Source: a virus
Virus record (IMG/VR): IMGVR_UViG_3300040751_002535
Reading direction: 5' to 3' (one strand)
DNA: 64,000 nt
The notes under the pieces were generated by a model, which saw only the letters and a program-made list of their open reading frames with translations, searched no databases and had not been told where the DNA came from. Shown in pieces: positions 9,652 through 19,322 of the stretch (within the stretch, counting starts at the first letter, position 1; each line of letters opens with the position of its first letter). A program made the translations under genes and the position numbers.

Positions 9652-9908
9652 TGCCGCCAACAGTTGAAATAGATATTGAATGGACTGAAAAGTATGCATG
9701 GTGGCCAACACGCAGCAGTTGGAGTAAAAAGCGTATCTGGTTGAAAACGTATTGGAAAGGCGAAATATTCTATGACGCTATGGGTCGTCCGCCTATTAAA
9801 CAAAGTAGTTGGAAACTCACCTATACTGAAAATGAGTACTTGTTGATGTTGTTAAGAGAGGATGCTAAAAATCAACATCCTCTCGGGTTTAAAAGTGTTA
9901 GAGTTTAA
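9651..9908 (+). CDS. Hypothetical protein
   Basis: 85-aa ORF overlapping the thyA stop. Confidence 0.6.
   Translation: MPPTVEIDIEWTEKYAWWPTRSSWSKKRIWLKTYWKGEIFYDAMGRPPIKQSSWKLTYTENEYLLMLLREDAKNQHPLGFKSVRV
9856..9884 (-). terminator. Hairpin at the convergent junction downstream of phoH
   Basis: GAGAGGATG...CATCCTCTC inverted repeat, extendable by G-U pairs on the - strand. Confidence 0.45.
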
Positions 9909-10642
9909 ACGTCTCCGTAAATCTCTAATACTTCTTTAACTGCTTCATGTCTTTCGATGTCGCCTTTATGAAACACAACAGTACTAATACGTCTTGATGA
10001 GCTGTTTTCTAAATGGTTAACAAAGTCAAGTAATCCGTTATCTTTTAATCTATCTGCTTGAGCCAAATCACCTGTAACAACCATTTTTGATCCTGTGCCT
10101 ATACGTGTTAACAACATTTTCATTTGGTTCGGTGTAGCATTTTGCATTTCGTCTGCAATAATATAAGCATCTTTAAAAGTTCTTCCTCGCATATATGCAA
10201 GTGGTGATATTTCAATAACACCTTCTTTTATCATACCTTCAATTTCATTTGCATAAAAATGTTCTCTAAATACATCAAAAATAGGCCTAGTCCAAGGTGC
10301 CATTTTTTCTTCTAATGTACCTGGTAGAAAACCTAAATCTTCATCAGCACTTACTGCCGGCCTTGTAACAACTATACGTTCTACTTCGCCATTTAAAAAT
10401 GCTTTAACAGCACTCTGACATGCCAGAAGTGTTTTACCTGTACCAGCTGGACCAATACCAAAAACTATGTTTTTATCCGTATCCAGTAGTTCTAGGACGT
10501 ATTCTTCTTGGTTGCGATTTCTTGGAAGTATATCAACATTTCGTTGTTTTTTTGGAAGGAAAGTGTTTAGTTTAACAACATTATTAATGTTATTATTTGA
10601 TTTAATGTGTGCTTGCCTTTTAGCGGCTCTAGCTTTACCCAT
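9905..10642 (-). CDS. phoH: PhoH-family ATPase
   Basis: GPAGTGKT, LGFLPG, YMRGRTF, DEMQN, VTGD; AGGAGG RBS. Confidence 0.95.
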   Translation of the reverse strand: MGKARAAKRQAHIKSNNNINNVVKLNTFLPKKQRNVDILPRNRNQEEYVLELLDTDKNIVFGIGPAGTGKTLLACQSAVKAFLNGEVERIVVTRPAVSADEDLGFLPGTLEEKMAPWTRPIFDVFREHFYANEIEGMIKEGVIEISPLAYMRGRTFKDAYIIADEMQNATPNQMKMLLTRIGTGSKMVVTGDLAQADRLKDNGLLDFVNHLENSSSRRISTVVFHKGDIERHEAVKEVLEIYGDV

Positions 10643-10664
10643 GTAGTCCTCCTATGAGTTAGAA

Positions 10665-10710
10665 CAGGGGATGTTTCCTTTGCAGGAAACCTTCCCTGCA
10701 CTCGTATTTA
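10665..10710 (-). promoter_or_regulatory. Late-type TAAATA promoter and 5' leader hairpin of phoH
   Basis: TATTTA at 10705-10710 (TAAATA on -); stem CAGGGGATGTTTCCT/AGGAAACCTTCCCTG at 10665-10698. Confidence 0.55.
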
Positions 10711-10768
10711 CTCTTTTTATGATTGTATTATATACGTAGTGAATTATTTTATTAACATTACTATAGGT

Positions 10769-10776
10769 GATAAATA
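10769..10776 (+). promoter_or_regulatory. T4-like late promoter (GATAAATA)
   Basis: The same motif precedes several late genes. Confidence 0.55.
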
Positions 10777-10799
10777 GTTATAATAAAGCGAGGACAACA

Positions 10800-11375
10800 A
10801 TGCCTAATATATTAGACACTCTTGATGTGATAGAAAATCTTAGTTCGATCTATGAAAACGATCGTGCGTTTGCAGTACTTAAAGACTTTGAAAGAGTCAT
10901 TGATGAGTTAGGGTTGTATGTGTATGACAACTGGGAAGAAGGCGAACTAGCAGCTGGCCCAGAAATAGATCGTCACTGGGTCAAATGTAGTTTTATGTGG
11001 CCAAGAAAACGTATGCCTGACCCACAAGGTGGTAAGCGTTTGCTTGATTATGATTGTAAAATACAATATGAAAAATCAAGTATCATTAAACCACGTCAAA
11101 TAAAAAAACCAGGAGATATTCGTCCTGGAACTAAAAAAGGTAAACTTGATAAAGTTCCAGTATGGTTAGTGCATATAACTATGCCTAAAAAACTAATCAT
11201 TAGTATTTTTGGTGGAGATGTTGAAACTATCGATCTACCAGATACTGAAAGTAAAAATGCAGCAGGTGCACCAGCACCAGCAGGTGGAGCAATGCCAGCA
11301 CCAATAGCAGCACCAGCACCAGTAGGTGGAGCAGCACCAGCCGCTGTCGCTGCGCCAGCACCAGGAGCAGTATAA
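10800..11375 (+). CDS. Conserved hypothetical protein with Ala/Pro-rich tail
   Basis: ATG after a GAGG RBS; low-complexity APAP tail. Confidence 0.7.
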   Translation: MPNILDTLDVIENLSSIYENDRAFAVLKDFERVIDELGLYVYDNWEEGELAAGPEIDRHWVKCSFMWPRKRMPDPQGGKRLLDYDCKIQYEKSSIIKPRQIKKPGDIRPGTKKGKLDKVPVWLVHITMPKKLIISIFGGDVETIDLPDTESKNAAGAPAPAGGAMPAPIAAPAPVGGAAPAAVAAPAPGAV

Positions 11376-12094
11376 TGGGATTAAGAGCCAACGATTTACA
11401 CGACTTAGTAAAACCAGTTTTTGAAGTAGATAGTTTTCAAAGTAAAATGGGAACAGATGAGGATATTGTAGTAGTAAGTTTTAGTGTATTAGATGAACAA
11501 GCTGCAAAAGATCTTGTAGATTTTATTGAAAAAGGTTATGGATTTGTATTAGATGCAGATGCAACACCTGGCGAAATTGAAAATAATGTTTATAAAGTAT
11601 TTGTAGAAATGGAAAGAAATGCCAAAGTTCCTGCAAATATTTCAAACTTGTTAGACGGAGTTGGAAAATTAGCAGAAATCGAAAACTTTAGATTTCGCTA
11701 TCATAAAAGTTTTACAAGTTACGAAGCAAATGTAACAAATCTATCAGAAATGATACCAGCGGATCAATTTATCTACAACGATACTATTGTACAAGAAAAT
11801 AATATGAATCACTTTAAAGACTTTTTTAGCAAGAGCTTTATGGAAAATATTGAAATATTTGGAGATGATTTAATTCTTAAAAGACCGTTTGGCGATGCTA
11901 TTGGACTTACTATAAAAGATTTTAACACTACTCATTATATAAATAAAAATTTAACTGAAAAAATAAACATGAATGATTATGCAGAAATATTATTTTTAAC
12001 TAAATATCTTGGTGATTACAATGTTACTAAATTTGGTAAAAATACACTAACGTTTGAAAACGAAGGACACACACTTGTCGTTGAAAGACTTTAA
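11375..12094 (+). CDS. Conserved hypothetical (probably late) protein
   Basis: 239-aa ORF coupled to the upstream gene. Confidence 0.7.
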   Translation: MGLRANDLHDLVKPVFEVDSFQSKMGTDEDIVVVSFSVLDEQAAKDLVDFIEKGYGFVLDADATPGEIENNVYKVFVEMERNAKVPANISNLLDGVGKLAEIENFRFRYHKSFTSYEANVTNLSEMIPADQFIYNDTIVQENNMNHFKDFFSKSFMENIEIFGDDLILKRPFGDAIGLTIKDFNTTHYINKNLTEKINMNDYAEILFLTKYLGDYNVTKFGKNTLTFENEGHTLVVERL

Positions 12095-12245
12095 TAAGAA
12101 TCACTGCAACAACTGCGGACGTCCATCACATTGTGGCGTTCCATACTATCAAGACTTACAAGACTATAATCAGCCGCCAGTTACAACTAAAATATGTGAC
12201 CATTGTAGATGCGGACGCTGTACTAATATAGAGGATAACAAATAA
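12081..12245 (+). CDS. Small Cys-rich, zinc-finger-like protein
   Basis: CNNCGRPSHC...CDHCRCGRC. Confidence 0.55.
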   Translation: MKDFNKNHCNNCGRPSHCGVPYYQDLQDYNQPPVTTKICDHCRCGRCTNIEDNK

Positions 12246-13108
12246 TGGCTAAAGAAGATTTCGACTTTGATTTTGAGCCTTGGATGGCTGAAGAACTAAT
12301 CCACAGAAGCGACTGGGAAGAATGGTATGAAGCTATGCTTGAAATACTTCCACTATGGGATGTAAACACAATACCAAGAGTTGCAGGATTTATTGCACAA
12401 TGCGGACACGAATCAGGCGGTTTTAGGGTACTAAGTGAAAACTTAAACTATAGTGCTAAGGCACTCAACACAATCTTTCCAAAATATTTTAAACGTGCAG
12501 GAAGAGATGCAAATGAATATCATAGACAACCTGAAAAAATTGCGAACGTTATTTACGCAAACAGAATGGACAACGGCGATACCGACAGTGGTGATGGCTG
12601 GAGATTTAGGGGCGGCGGCATTCTGCAACTTACCGGCAGATACAACTATACCGAGTTCGCCGAAGACGTAGAAATGACACCAGAAGAAGCAGTAGATTAT
12701 GTGCGTACTAAAAAAGGTGCGTTGGATAGTGCTTGCTGGTTCTGGGATGAAAACAACATCAACAAACACTGCGATGCTATGGACATACTAAAAATGACCA
12801 AACGTATCAACGGCGGCACTATTGGACTGGAAGATCGTAAAAAGCATTGGGCACACGCATTAGATGTGCTAGGTGGCGATATGGAAATTGAACCGGAAGA
12901 AGAAAAAGAGTTAAACACAAATCAAACAATACGTCAAGGTTCACGTGGTCCATTAGTACAAGAAGTACAAGAAATACTGGGCATTGCACCAGCTGATGGC
13001 ATCTTTGGACCAGGCACTGCTAGACTTGTCAAAGAATGGCAAGCAGCAAACGGCTTAGTTGCAGATGGTATTGTAGGACCAAACACGCTGGGAAAGTTAT
13101 TAGGGTAG
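12245..13108 (+). CDS. Endolysin: GH19 lysozyme/chitinase fold plus C-terminal peptidoglycan-binding domain
   Basis: FIAQCGHESGGF, ENLNYS, GDGWRFRGGG, TKRINGG; C-terminal DGIFGPGT...ADGIVGPNT. Confidence 0.92.
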   Translation: MAKEDFDFDFEPWMAEELIHRSDWEEWYEAMLEILPLWDVNTIPRVAGFIAQCGHESGGFRVLSENLNYSAKALNTIFPKYFKRAGRDANEYHRQPEKIANVIYANRMDNGDTDSGDGWRFRGGGILQLTGRYNYTEFAEDVEMTPEEAVDYVRTKKGALDSACWFWDENNINKHCDAMDILKMTKRINGGTIGLEDRKKHWAHALDVLGGDMEIEPEEEKELNTNQTIRQGSRGPLVQEVQEILGIAPADGIFGPGTARLVKEWQAANGLVADGIVGPNTLGKLLG

Positions 13109-13119
13109 GTGGTATTGGT

Positions 13120-13608
13120 ATGGGCATGAAACTTGCAGGAGTAATGTTTTTAGTGATGTGTATTATGGGTGGCATAGGCTACTGGTATTACAATGACACA
13201 CAGGAACGTATGGCCATACTACAAGAAAACAATGCTAAACTTGAAATAGCTGTAGAAACAAACGAAGCAGCATTAGAAAGTTTGCAAACAAGTTATGCAA
13301 GTGCCCAAGCAGAAAATACTAGATTGAATGATGCATATGCAAGTATACGCAGACAGAATCAAGCACTAGCAGACAAACTACAACAGATTGATTTAACAGC
13401 AGCAGCAATAGCAAATGCGGAAGGCATTGAACGTGCTGTAAACAGAGGCACTGAAAATGCAGGTAGATGTTTTGAACTTCTATCAGGAGCAGAACTAACG
13501 GACAAAGAAAGGAACGCAGAAAATGACATCGCTTTTAACAAAGAGTGTCCTTGGCTTTACGATACTTATAAGTCTCGCGGCTTGCTCAACGAAGCCACAG
13601 GTAATTGA
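13120..13608 (+). CDS. Inner-membrane spanin (Rz-like)
   Basis: N-terminal TM then a long coiled coil; follows the endolysin. Confidence 0.7.
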   Translation: MGMKLAGVMFLVMCIMGGIGYWYYNDTQERMAILQENNAKLEIAVETNEAALESLQTSYASAQAENTRLNDAYASIRRQNQALADKLQQIDLTAAAIANAEGIERAVNRGTENAGRCFELLSGAELTDKERNAENDIAFNKECPWLYDTYKSRGLLNEATGN

Positions 13609-13912
13609 AATAAGTGCAAAACCGATTGAAAAACCTACACTAACTCTGCCTCCTGTTGACGAACTAAACATGCGCAAACTAGAGTGGATTGTTATCAACG
13701 AAGCAAATGTTGATACTGTAATAGCAAGGCTTGCAGCAAGTGGAAAGCCGTTTGCTATATACGGATTAAGTGGTGACGGGTACGGAGACTTAGGGCTAAA
13801 CTTTAGTGATATTCGTGCATTAGTACAGCAACAGCAAGCAATCATAGCAGCATACGAAGGTTATTATGAACAGGCTGAACAAGCAATGGATAATGCTGTT
13901 GTAAACGAATAA
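13523..13912 (+). CDS. Outer-membrane lipoprotein spanin (Rz1-like)
   Basis: Lipobox LAAC, Pro-rich linker, overlaps the i-spanin. Confidence 0.7.
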   Translation: MTSLLTKSVLGFTILISLAACSTKPQVIEISAKPIEKPTLTLPPVDELNMRKLEWIVINEANVDTVIARLAASGKPFAIYGLSGDGYGDLGLNFSDIRALVQQQQAIIAAYEGYYEQAEQAMDNAVVNE

Positions 13913-13915
13913 ATA
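13910..13915 (+). promoter_or_regulatory. Late promoter TAAATA
   Basis: About 25 nt upstream of the ORF at 13940. Confidence 0.5.
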
Positions 13916-13939
13916 CACACATAATAAGAGGGCTTTTAT

Positions 13940-14251
13940 ATGTGGGAAATGATACAAAACATGGCGGGAGATCGCACATGGATTTATACTAGTATAGCAG
14001 GCAGTATTTTGGGCGCCGTAGTACTAGCATATTTAAGTACAACAAGAATAGGATTATGGGGCTACGCTAAGTTTGACTTAGCTGTAGACTATCTTGTTGA
14101 GCGTTGGGGTCTTACATGGCTCGAACAACCAGAGGATGCATGGAGAAAAAAGTATCCTAAAATCACGGCAAAAATAGACGATCTAGAGAGCAGATTACAA
14201 AAATTGGAGGGTAACAATGCCACGAAGAAAACCGGAAGAACTAAAAAGTAA
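13940..14251 (+). CDS. Membrane protein, holin/antiholin candidate
   Basis: One TM segment, coiled coil and basic tail, within the lysis cluster. Confidence 0.5.
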   Translation: MWEMIQNMAGDRTWIYTSIAGSILGAVVLAYLSTTRIGLWGYAKFDLAVDYLVERWGLTWLEQPEDAWRKKYPKITAKIDDLESRLQKLEGNNATKKTGRTKK

Positions 14252-14672
14252 GTCAACACCAGCACCTGCGGCAAAAGTAGAACCAGTTAGTTCTGCGCCA
14301 GCAAAACCATCAGTTGCTGCAACTCCAGCACCTGTGGCTGCAACTCCAGTAGTTGCTTCTCAACCATCTGCATTTCATCCTGCAGATATAAACGGCGATG
14401 GGCATATTGACGAAGAAGAAAAACGAATGGAACTTGAGTTTAGACGCAAGGCATTAGAAGATGCAGATGCCATGCGTGACGCACAGCGTAACATGACTTG
14501 GTTTGCATTGTTTGGACTATTGCTGTATCCATTTGCAGTTGTAGGCGCTTCGTTAGCAGGTTTAGATGAAGCACAAAAAACACTAGGATCAATGGCTCCA
14601 ACATATTTTGTTGCTGTTGCTGGTATTGTTGCTGCGTTTTTTGGCGCACAAGCATATACTAAGAAAAAATAA
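14217..14672 (+). CDS. EF-hand plus two-TM protein, holin candidate
   Basis: DINGDGHIDEEE loop; two hydrophobic helices; KKK C-terminus. Confidence 0.55.
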   Translation: MPRRKPEELKSKSTPAPAAKVEPVSSAPAKPSVAATPAPVAATPVVASQPSAFHPADINGDGHIDEEEKRMELEFRRKALEDADAMRDAQRNMTWFALFGLLLYPFAVVGASLAGLDEAQKTLGSMAPTYFVAVAGIVAAFFGAQAYTKKK

Positions 14673-14715
14673 TCACTACTAACTAACCTTAATAGTCTGT
14701 GCGATAAGTATTTGC

Positions 14716-15522
14716 ATGGACTATTATAATATACTAGGTGTTAATAAACAAGCAAGTCAGGATGAAATCAAAAAAGCATACCGCAAGTCTGCTATGGCTA
14801 ATCATCCTGACCGCAATGGCGGTGATGATACACAGTTTAAACGCATTAATGAAGCATACGAAACATTAAAAGATCCTAGCAAAAGACAACAATACGATAA
14901 TCCTCGGCCACAAGCAGACATTAATATGAATTCACAAAATATGAATGACATATTTGGTCAGTTCTTTAGACAAGCACAAAGGCCACGTAAAAATCAAGAC
15001 GTTACAATAAATGTAAGAATTACCTTAAATGATGTAATGACAGGTAAAGATATTGTTGGAAGATACAGACTTGGCACAGGCAGAGAAGAGATTGCAACTA
15101 TACGATTGCCACCAGGTATTGAAAGCGGAATAATAATGCGTTATCAAGGACTAGGTGATGATTCAATTCGTCAACTTCCAAGAGGCGATTTAAACGTACA
15201 AATAATCGTAGAAAATCATCCAGATTTTATAAGAGATAGGTCGCATATTCGAACAAAGTGTAGTATAAATGTATTACAACTAATATTAGGTACAAATGTT
15301 ATAATAACCGATTTGGCAGGAAAAGATGTAAATGTAAAAATACCAGCTGGCACAAATCCTGGAACCATAATGAGTATTGCAGGACATGGGTTACCTGATA
15401 TAAATGGCCGTAGAAACGGTAATATGTATTTAGAAATAAAAGGAACTACTCCCAAAATAGAAGATTGGGAAACACTAGACACAATAAGGAAAATAAATGA
15501 TGGAACTAGTACTGGCACCTGA
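14716..15522 (+). CDS. dnaJ: DnaJ/CbpA-type chaperone
   Basis: DYYNILGV...HPD J-domain plus C-terminal domain; no Zn finger. Confidence 0.92.
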   Translation: MDYYNILGVNKQASQDEIKKAYRKSAMANHPDRNGGDDTQFKRINEAYETLKDPSKRQQYDNPRPQADINMNSQNMNDIFGQFFRQAQRPRKNQDVTINVRITLNDVMTGKDIVGRYRLGTGREEIATIRLPPGIESGIIMRYQGLGDDSIRQLPRGDLNVQIIVENHPDFIRDRSHIRTKCSINVLQLILGTNVIITDLAGKDVNVKIPAGTNPGTIMSIAGHGLPDINGRRNGNMYLEIKGTTPKIEDWETLDTIRKINDGTSTGT

Positions 15523-16021
15523 TGGTAGACTAGAAACAAAACTTGAAAGATTTGATTTTGAACTGATGCATCCTGCGCCTGTTGCAGTAGATATGATTGA
15601 ACTAATGAACAAACACAGCGGATTGGGATTAAGTGCAAACCAAGTTGGGTTTCCTATGCAGATCTTTGTAATGAAGGCATTACTAAACAAAAAACACGGA
15701 GATCCTGTTGTTGTAATGAATCCTATTATCAAAGGACTGAGTGAAGAAATCGAAGCAGGTGTTGAAGGATGTTTAAGTCATCCAGATTTAATATTAAAAG
15801 TAAGACGGCCAGTTAGTGTAATGGTCGAATTTGATACCTTGACATCTGACCTAAAGGATGTTATACATATAGAAGCAAAGTACGACGATATCGATGCACG
15901 AATATTTCTACACGAATATGATCATTTGTATGGTATTCAGTTTATTGATAGAGTCAGCAAACTAAAACTAGACATGGCAGAAAAAAAGCGTCTAAAAAAA
16001 GGAAAAAAAGTTAATGGTTGA
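15497..16021 (+). CDS. def: Peptide deformylase
   Basis: GLGLSANQVG, EGCLS, HEYDHLYG. Confidence 0.95.
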   Translation: MMELVLAPDGRLETKLERFDFELMHPAPVAVDMIELMNKHSGLGLSANQVGFPMQIFVMKALLNKKHGDPVVVMNPIIKGLSEEIEAGVEGCLSHPDLILKVRRPVSVMVEFDTLTSDLKDVIHIEAKYDDIDARIFLHEYDHLYGIQFIDRVSKLKLDMAEKKRLKKGKKVNG

Positions 16022-18257
16022 ACCATCAAAAGAGTTACAGGCAGTGTTTGATAAAGCAGTTAACGATGCTAAGAAACTTCAGCACGAATATATTACATTA
16101 GAACATTTACTATTTGCTATGCTCTGCGAAGAAACATTCGGAACCTTGATATCAGGTTATGGTGCAGACGCTGATCATATGCGTAAAGAACTAGAAAACT
16201 ATTTAAAAACACATCTAAATGATATTAAGATTGAAGAAAAGAAATATAAACCAAAGAAAACTACCACAGTAGAACGTGTTTTAAATCGTGCATTTACACA
16301 AGTACTTTTCCAAGGCAGAAACGATATTACTATTGCTGATGTGTTTATCAGTATCTTGACTGAAAAGAAAAGTTGGGCATACTTTATTACACAAAAAGTT
16401 GGCATTGACAAAGAAAAGTTTCAGAACTATATTAGTGCAGAAACAGAAATATATGATAACCAAGACGAAAACGAAAACAAAGGCATTGCTAACAAAGCAC
16501 TACGAGATTTTACTACAGATCTAAATCAACAAGTTAGTATGAATAAGATTGATCCAGTGATTGGTAGAGATGAAGAAATCGAACAAGTTGCTCTTGCATT
16601 AGGACGCCGTACAAAATCAAATGTTCTTATTGTTGGTGATCCAGGTGTTGGTAAAACTGCTATTGCAGAAGGTCTTGCTTATCAGATTGTTAACGGAAAT
16701 GTACCAGAGTTTCTAAAAGAATACCGAGTGTTTAGTTTAGACATTGGCGCTATGCTTGCTGGATCAAAATATCGCGGCGACTTTGAAGAACGTTTTAAAA
16801 TGGTACTTGCAGGGTTAAAAGGCAAAGGCAAAACTATTATGTTTATTGACGAAGCACACATGATTAGTGGTGCGGGCGCAGGCGGCAGTGGTGGATCGAA
16901 TGATTTGGCTAATATGTTAAAACCTGCACTTGCAAAAGGAAACATCAATGTTGTTGCTTCAACTACTTGGGAAGAATATCGCAAGTTCTTTGAAAAGGAT
17001 CGGGCTCTTATGCGCCGATTCCAGAGAGTAAGTGTTGACGAACCGGATAGAGAAACTACACTAAAAATCCTTGAAGGTATTAAAATATACTACGAAGAGT
17101 TTCATAGTGTTGATATTCAACAGGAGGCACTTGAAGCAGCAGTTGATTTAAGTATGAAATATCAAAACGATAAAAAACTTCCTGACAAAGCTATTGATTT
17201 GATTGACGTAGCATGTGCAAGATTTAAAGTACGTGATATTACTGAAGACAAAGTTGTAACCAAAGATAGTGTTCAGTTTGAACTTGCAAAAATGATTAAA
17301 CTTCCTGAAGAACAAATAAAAGAGCGTGAAAGTGAAAATCTTGCACACTTGGAAGATAACTTGAAAAAGGTAGTGTACGGACAAGACAAAGCAATCGACG
17401 ATATTGTTGACAAAATACTTGTAAGTCAAGCAGGACTTAAAAGTGACAACAAACCAGTAGGATCTTTTGTGTTTATGGGTCCAACAGGTGTAGGTAAAAC
17501 TGAACTTGCCAAACAACTTAGCAACCAACTCGGTGTAAAACTTGTACGTTTTGATATGAGTGAATATCAAGAAAAACATAGTATTAGTAAACTAATCGGA
17601 TCACCTCCAGGATATGTTGGATACGAAGACAATGCCGGCGGTTTATTGATTGATAAGATTCAAGAGAATCCTAACTGTGTGTTGCTATTGGACGAGATTG
17701 AAAAAGCACATCCAGATGTAAGTAGCGTACTACTACAGATTATGGACAATGGCAAGATTACAGGATCTAATGGTAAAGAAGCAGATGCACGTAACTGTAC
17801 ACTGATTCTTACTACCAACTTGGGTGCGCAAGAGGCAGAAAAGAATACTATTGGATTTAGTGACAGTATGGAAAAAGATTATGACGATGTCGATCTTAAA
17901 AAGTTCTTTACTCCAGAGTTTAGAAATAGACTAGATGGTGTTATTACGTTTGGCAAACTCAGCAAAGAAGTCATGCTGAAGATTGTTGGCAAGTTTCTTG
18001 TTGAACTTAAAACACAAGTACAGAAAAAAGATATTGCTATTAACATCACAGATGATGCTCTTGATTATCTTGTAGACAAAGGATTTGATCCTAAGATGGG
18101 TGCTCGTCCGTTACAACGTGTTATTGACAACGAAATCAAACGTCCACTTAGTCGTCAAATGTTGTTTGGTGATCTAAAAGCTGGTGGCAGTGTTACTATT
18201 GATTATCGAGAGAAAGAAATCAAACTCGATTGTGAAATAGAATATGAGACTGTATGA
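16014..18257 (+). CDS. clpA: ClpA-type AAA+ unfoldase
   Basis: Clp N-domain, two Walker A motifs (GDPGVGKT, GPTGVGKT), IGF ClpP-docking loop, no long M-domain. Confidence 0.92.
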   Translation: MVEPSKELQAVFDKAVNDAKKLQHEYITLEHLLFAMLCEETFGTLISGYGADADHMRKELENYLKTHLNDIKIEEKKYKPKKTTTVERVLNRAFTQVLFQGRNDITIADVFISILTEKKSWAYFITQKVGIDKEKFQNYISAETEIYDNQDENENKGIANKALRDFTTDLNQQVSMNKIDPVIGRDEEIEQVALALGRRTKSNVLIVGDPGVGKTAIAEGLAYQIVNGNVPEFLKEYRVFSLDIGAMLAGSKYRGDFEERFKMVLAGLKGKGKTIMFIDEAHMISGAGAGGSGGSNDLANMLKPALAKGNINVVASTTWEEYRKFFEKDRALMRRFQRVSVDEPDRETTLKILEGIKIYYEEFHSVDIQQEALEAAVDLSMKYQNDKKLPDKAIDLIDVACARFKVRDITEDKVVTKDSVQFELAKMIKLPEEQIKERESENLAHLEDNLKKVVYGQDKAIDDIVDKILVSQAGLKSDNKPVGSFVFMGPTGVGKTELAKQLSNQLGVKLVRFDMSEYQEKHSISKLIGSPPGYVGYEDNAGGLLIDKIQENPNCVLLLDEIEKAHPDVSSVLLQIMDNGKITGSNGKEADARNCTLILTTNLGAQEAEKNTIGFSDSMEKDYDDVDLKKFFTPEFRNRLDGVITFGKLSKEVMLKIVGKFLVELKTQVQKKDIAINITDDALDYLVDKGFDPKMGARPLQRVIDNEIKRPLSRQMLFGDLKAGGSVTIDYREKEIKLDCEIEYETV

Positions 18258-18936
18258 AACTAAAAAACTACACTATGGCAAGTACTTTTATAAACTTGCC
18301 ATAGTGAACTGTTGTGCAAGTTATTTTAGAACAGAGTTTCAAACAGACGGAAGTTTAAAATATGCTAGACGCAAACTTGATGAAGTTAACAAACATTATG
18401 TTCCTTCAAATTACGATTGGAAGGTTGAAATACCATTAACAACAACCTACAACGATGTTATTCCTGTTGAGCATTTTTGGGATGCTATTGATATTTACAG
18501 ACATTTACTCAAGCACACTGATTATAAAGTAAGATGCGGATTTAATCAGTTATTAATATACAGTAACAATCGAAAAATGTTAGTAGACTTAGGAAACAAA
18601 CTTAGACAAAAATACACTGAGTTTTGGGAACCAAATCCTGAAACCATACAAACACTGAGTTCTGAAAAGAATGCTATTATAGTAAACAAACCTCCTCAGT
18701 ATGAATACAAAGTTACTCTTGGAAATAAAAAAGGTGTTGCAGCACTTGCCAAATGGATAGAACACAATCCAAAACTTGCATCAATGGGTACAAGAGCACG
18801 TGAAAGTTGTAAAAATGAAGATTACGTATATGGATATTATTTTCATGTTAGAGATCTCAAAACACTGTTGATAATACAAATGATAGCTGGTGATAACATA
18901 CAACGCATAGATAAATTTGTTTATATCAAACAATAG
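18244..18936 (+). CDS. Hypothetical protein
   Basis: 230-aa ORF overlapping the end of clpA. Confidence 0.65.
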   Translation: MRLYETKKLHYGKYFYKLAIVNCCASYFRTEFQTDGSLKYARRKLDEVNKHYVPSNYDWKVEIPLTTTYNDVIPVEHFWDAIDIYRHLLKHTDYKVRCGFNQLLIYSNNRKMLVDLGNKLRQKYTEFWEPNPETIQTLSSEKNAIIVNKPPQYEYKVTLGNKKGVAALAKWIEHNPKLASMGTRARESCKNEDYVYGYYFHVRDLKTLLIIQMIAGDNIQRIDKFVYIKQ

Positions 18937-18943
18937 ATAAATA
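18936..18943 (+). promoter_or_regulatory. Late promoter GATAAATA
   Basis: Ends 4 nt before ATG 18948 (possibly a leaderless transcript). Confidence 0.55.
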
Positions 18944-18947
18944 CAAT

Positions 18948-19313
18948 ATGGCGAGTTCAAGTGAAATAATTTTATCAAATCAAGTTCATCCAGGAGACAG
19001 TACAACTGAAACTGTTACCGGCGACGACTTCAAAGGGGATGGTTACTACGGACGTAGTGACGGGTTCCATACTGTTCAATATAGTCTCGATGGCTTTATT
19101 GGTACATTGGTTATACAAGCAACATTAGCAGTAGAACCAACTAGTAGTGATTGGTTTACATTAACCGAAACAACACATACTAGTGCAAATGACAGTAGTG
19201 ACAACGCAGATGGCGGATTTTTATACAACTTCACAGGAAACTATGTGTGGGTACGTGCATATATCAGTAACTGGACTGATGGAACAGTATCAAACATATT
19301 ATTAAATCATTAA
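18948..19313 (+). CDS. Probable virion protein
   Basis: Beta-rich 121-aa ORF after a late promoter. Confidence 0.55.
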   Translation: MASSSEIILSNQVHPGDSTTETVTGDDFKGDGYYGRSDGFHTVQYSLDGFIGTLVIQATLAVEPTSSDWFTLTETTHTSANDSSDNADGGFLYNFTGNYVWVRAYISNWTDGTVSNILLNH

Positions 19314-19322
19314 GGTAGACAC

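Noticed and set aside
16014-18257. ClpB rather than ClpA
   Set aside because: No long coiled-coil M-domain, and an IGF loop is present.
7783-18257. Bacterial chromosome or prophage origin for host-like genes (fdxA, thyA, dnaJ, def, clpA)
   Set aside because: They are interleaved with phage replication, lysis and virion genes under the same promoter motifs; no integrase or host boundary is seen.
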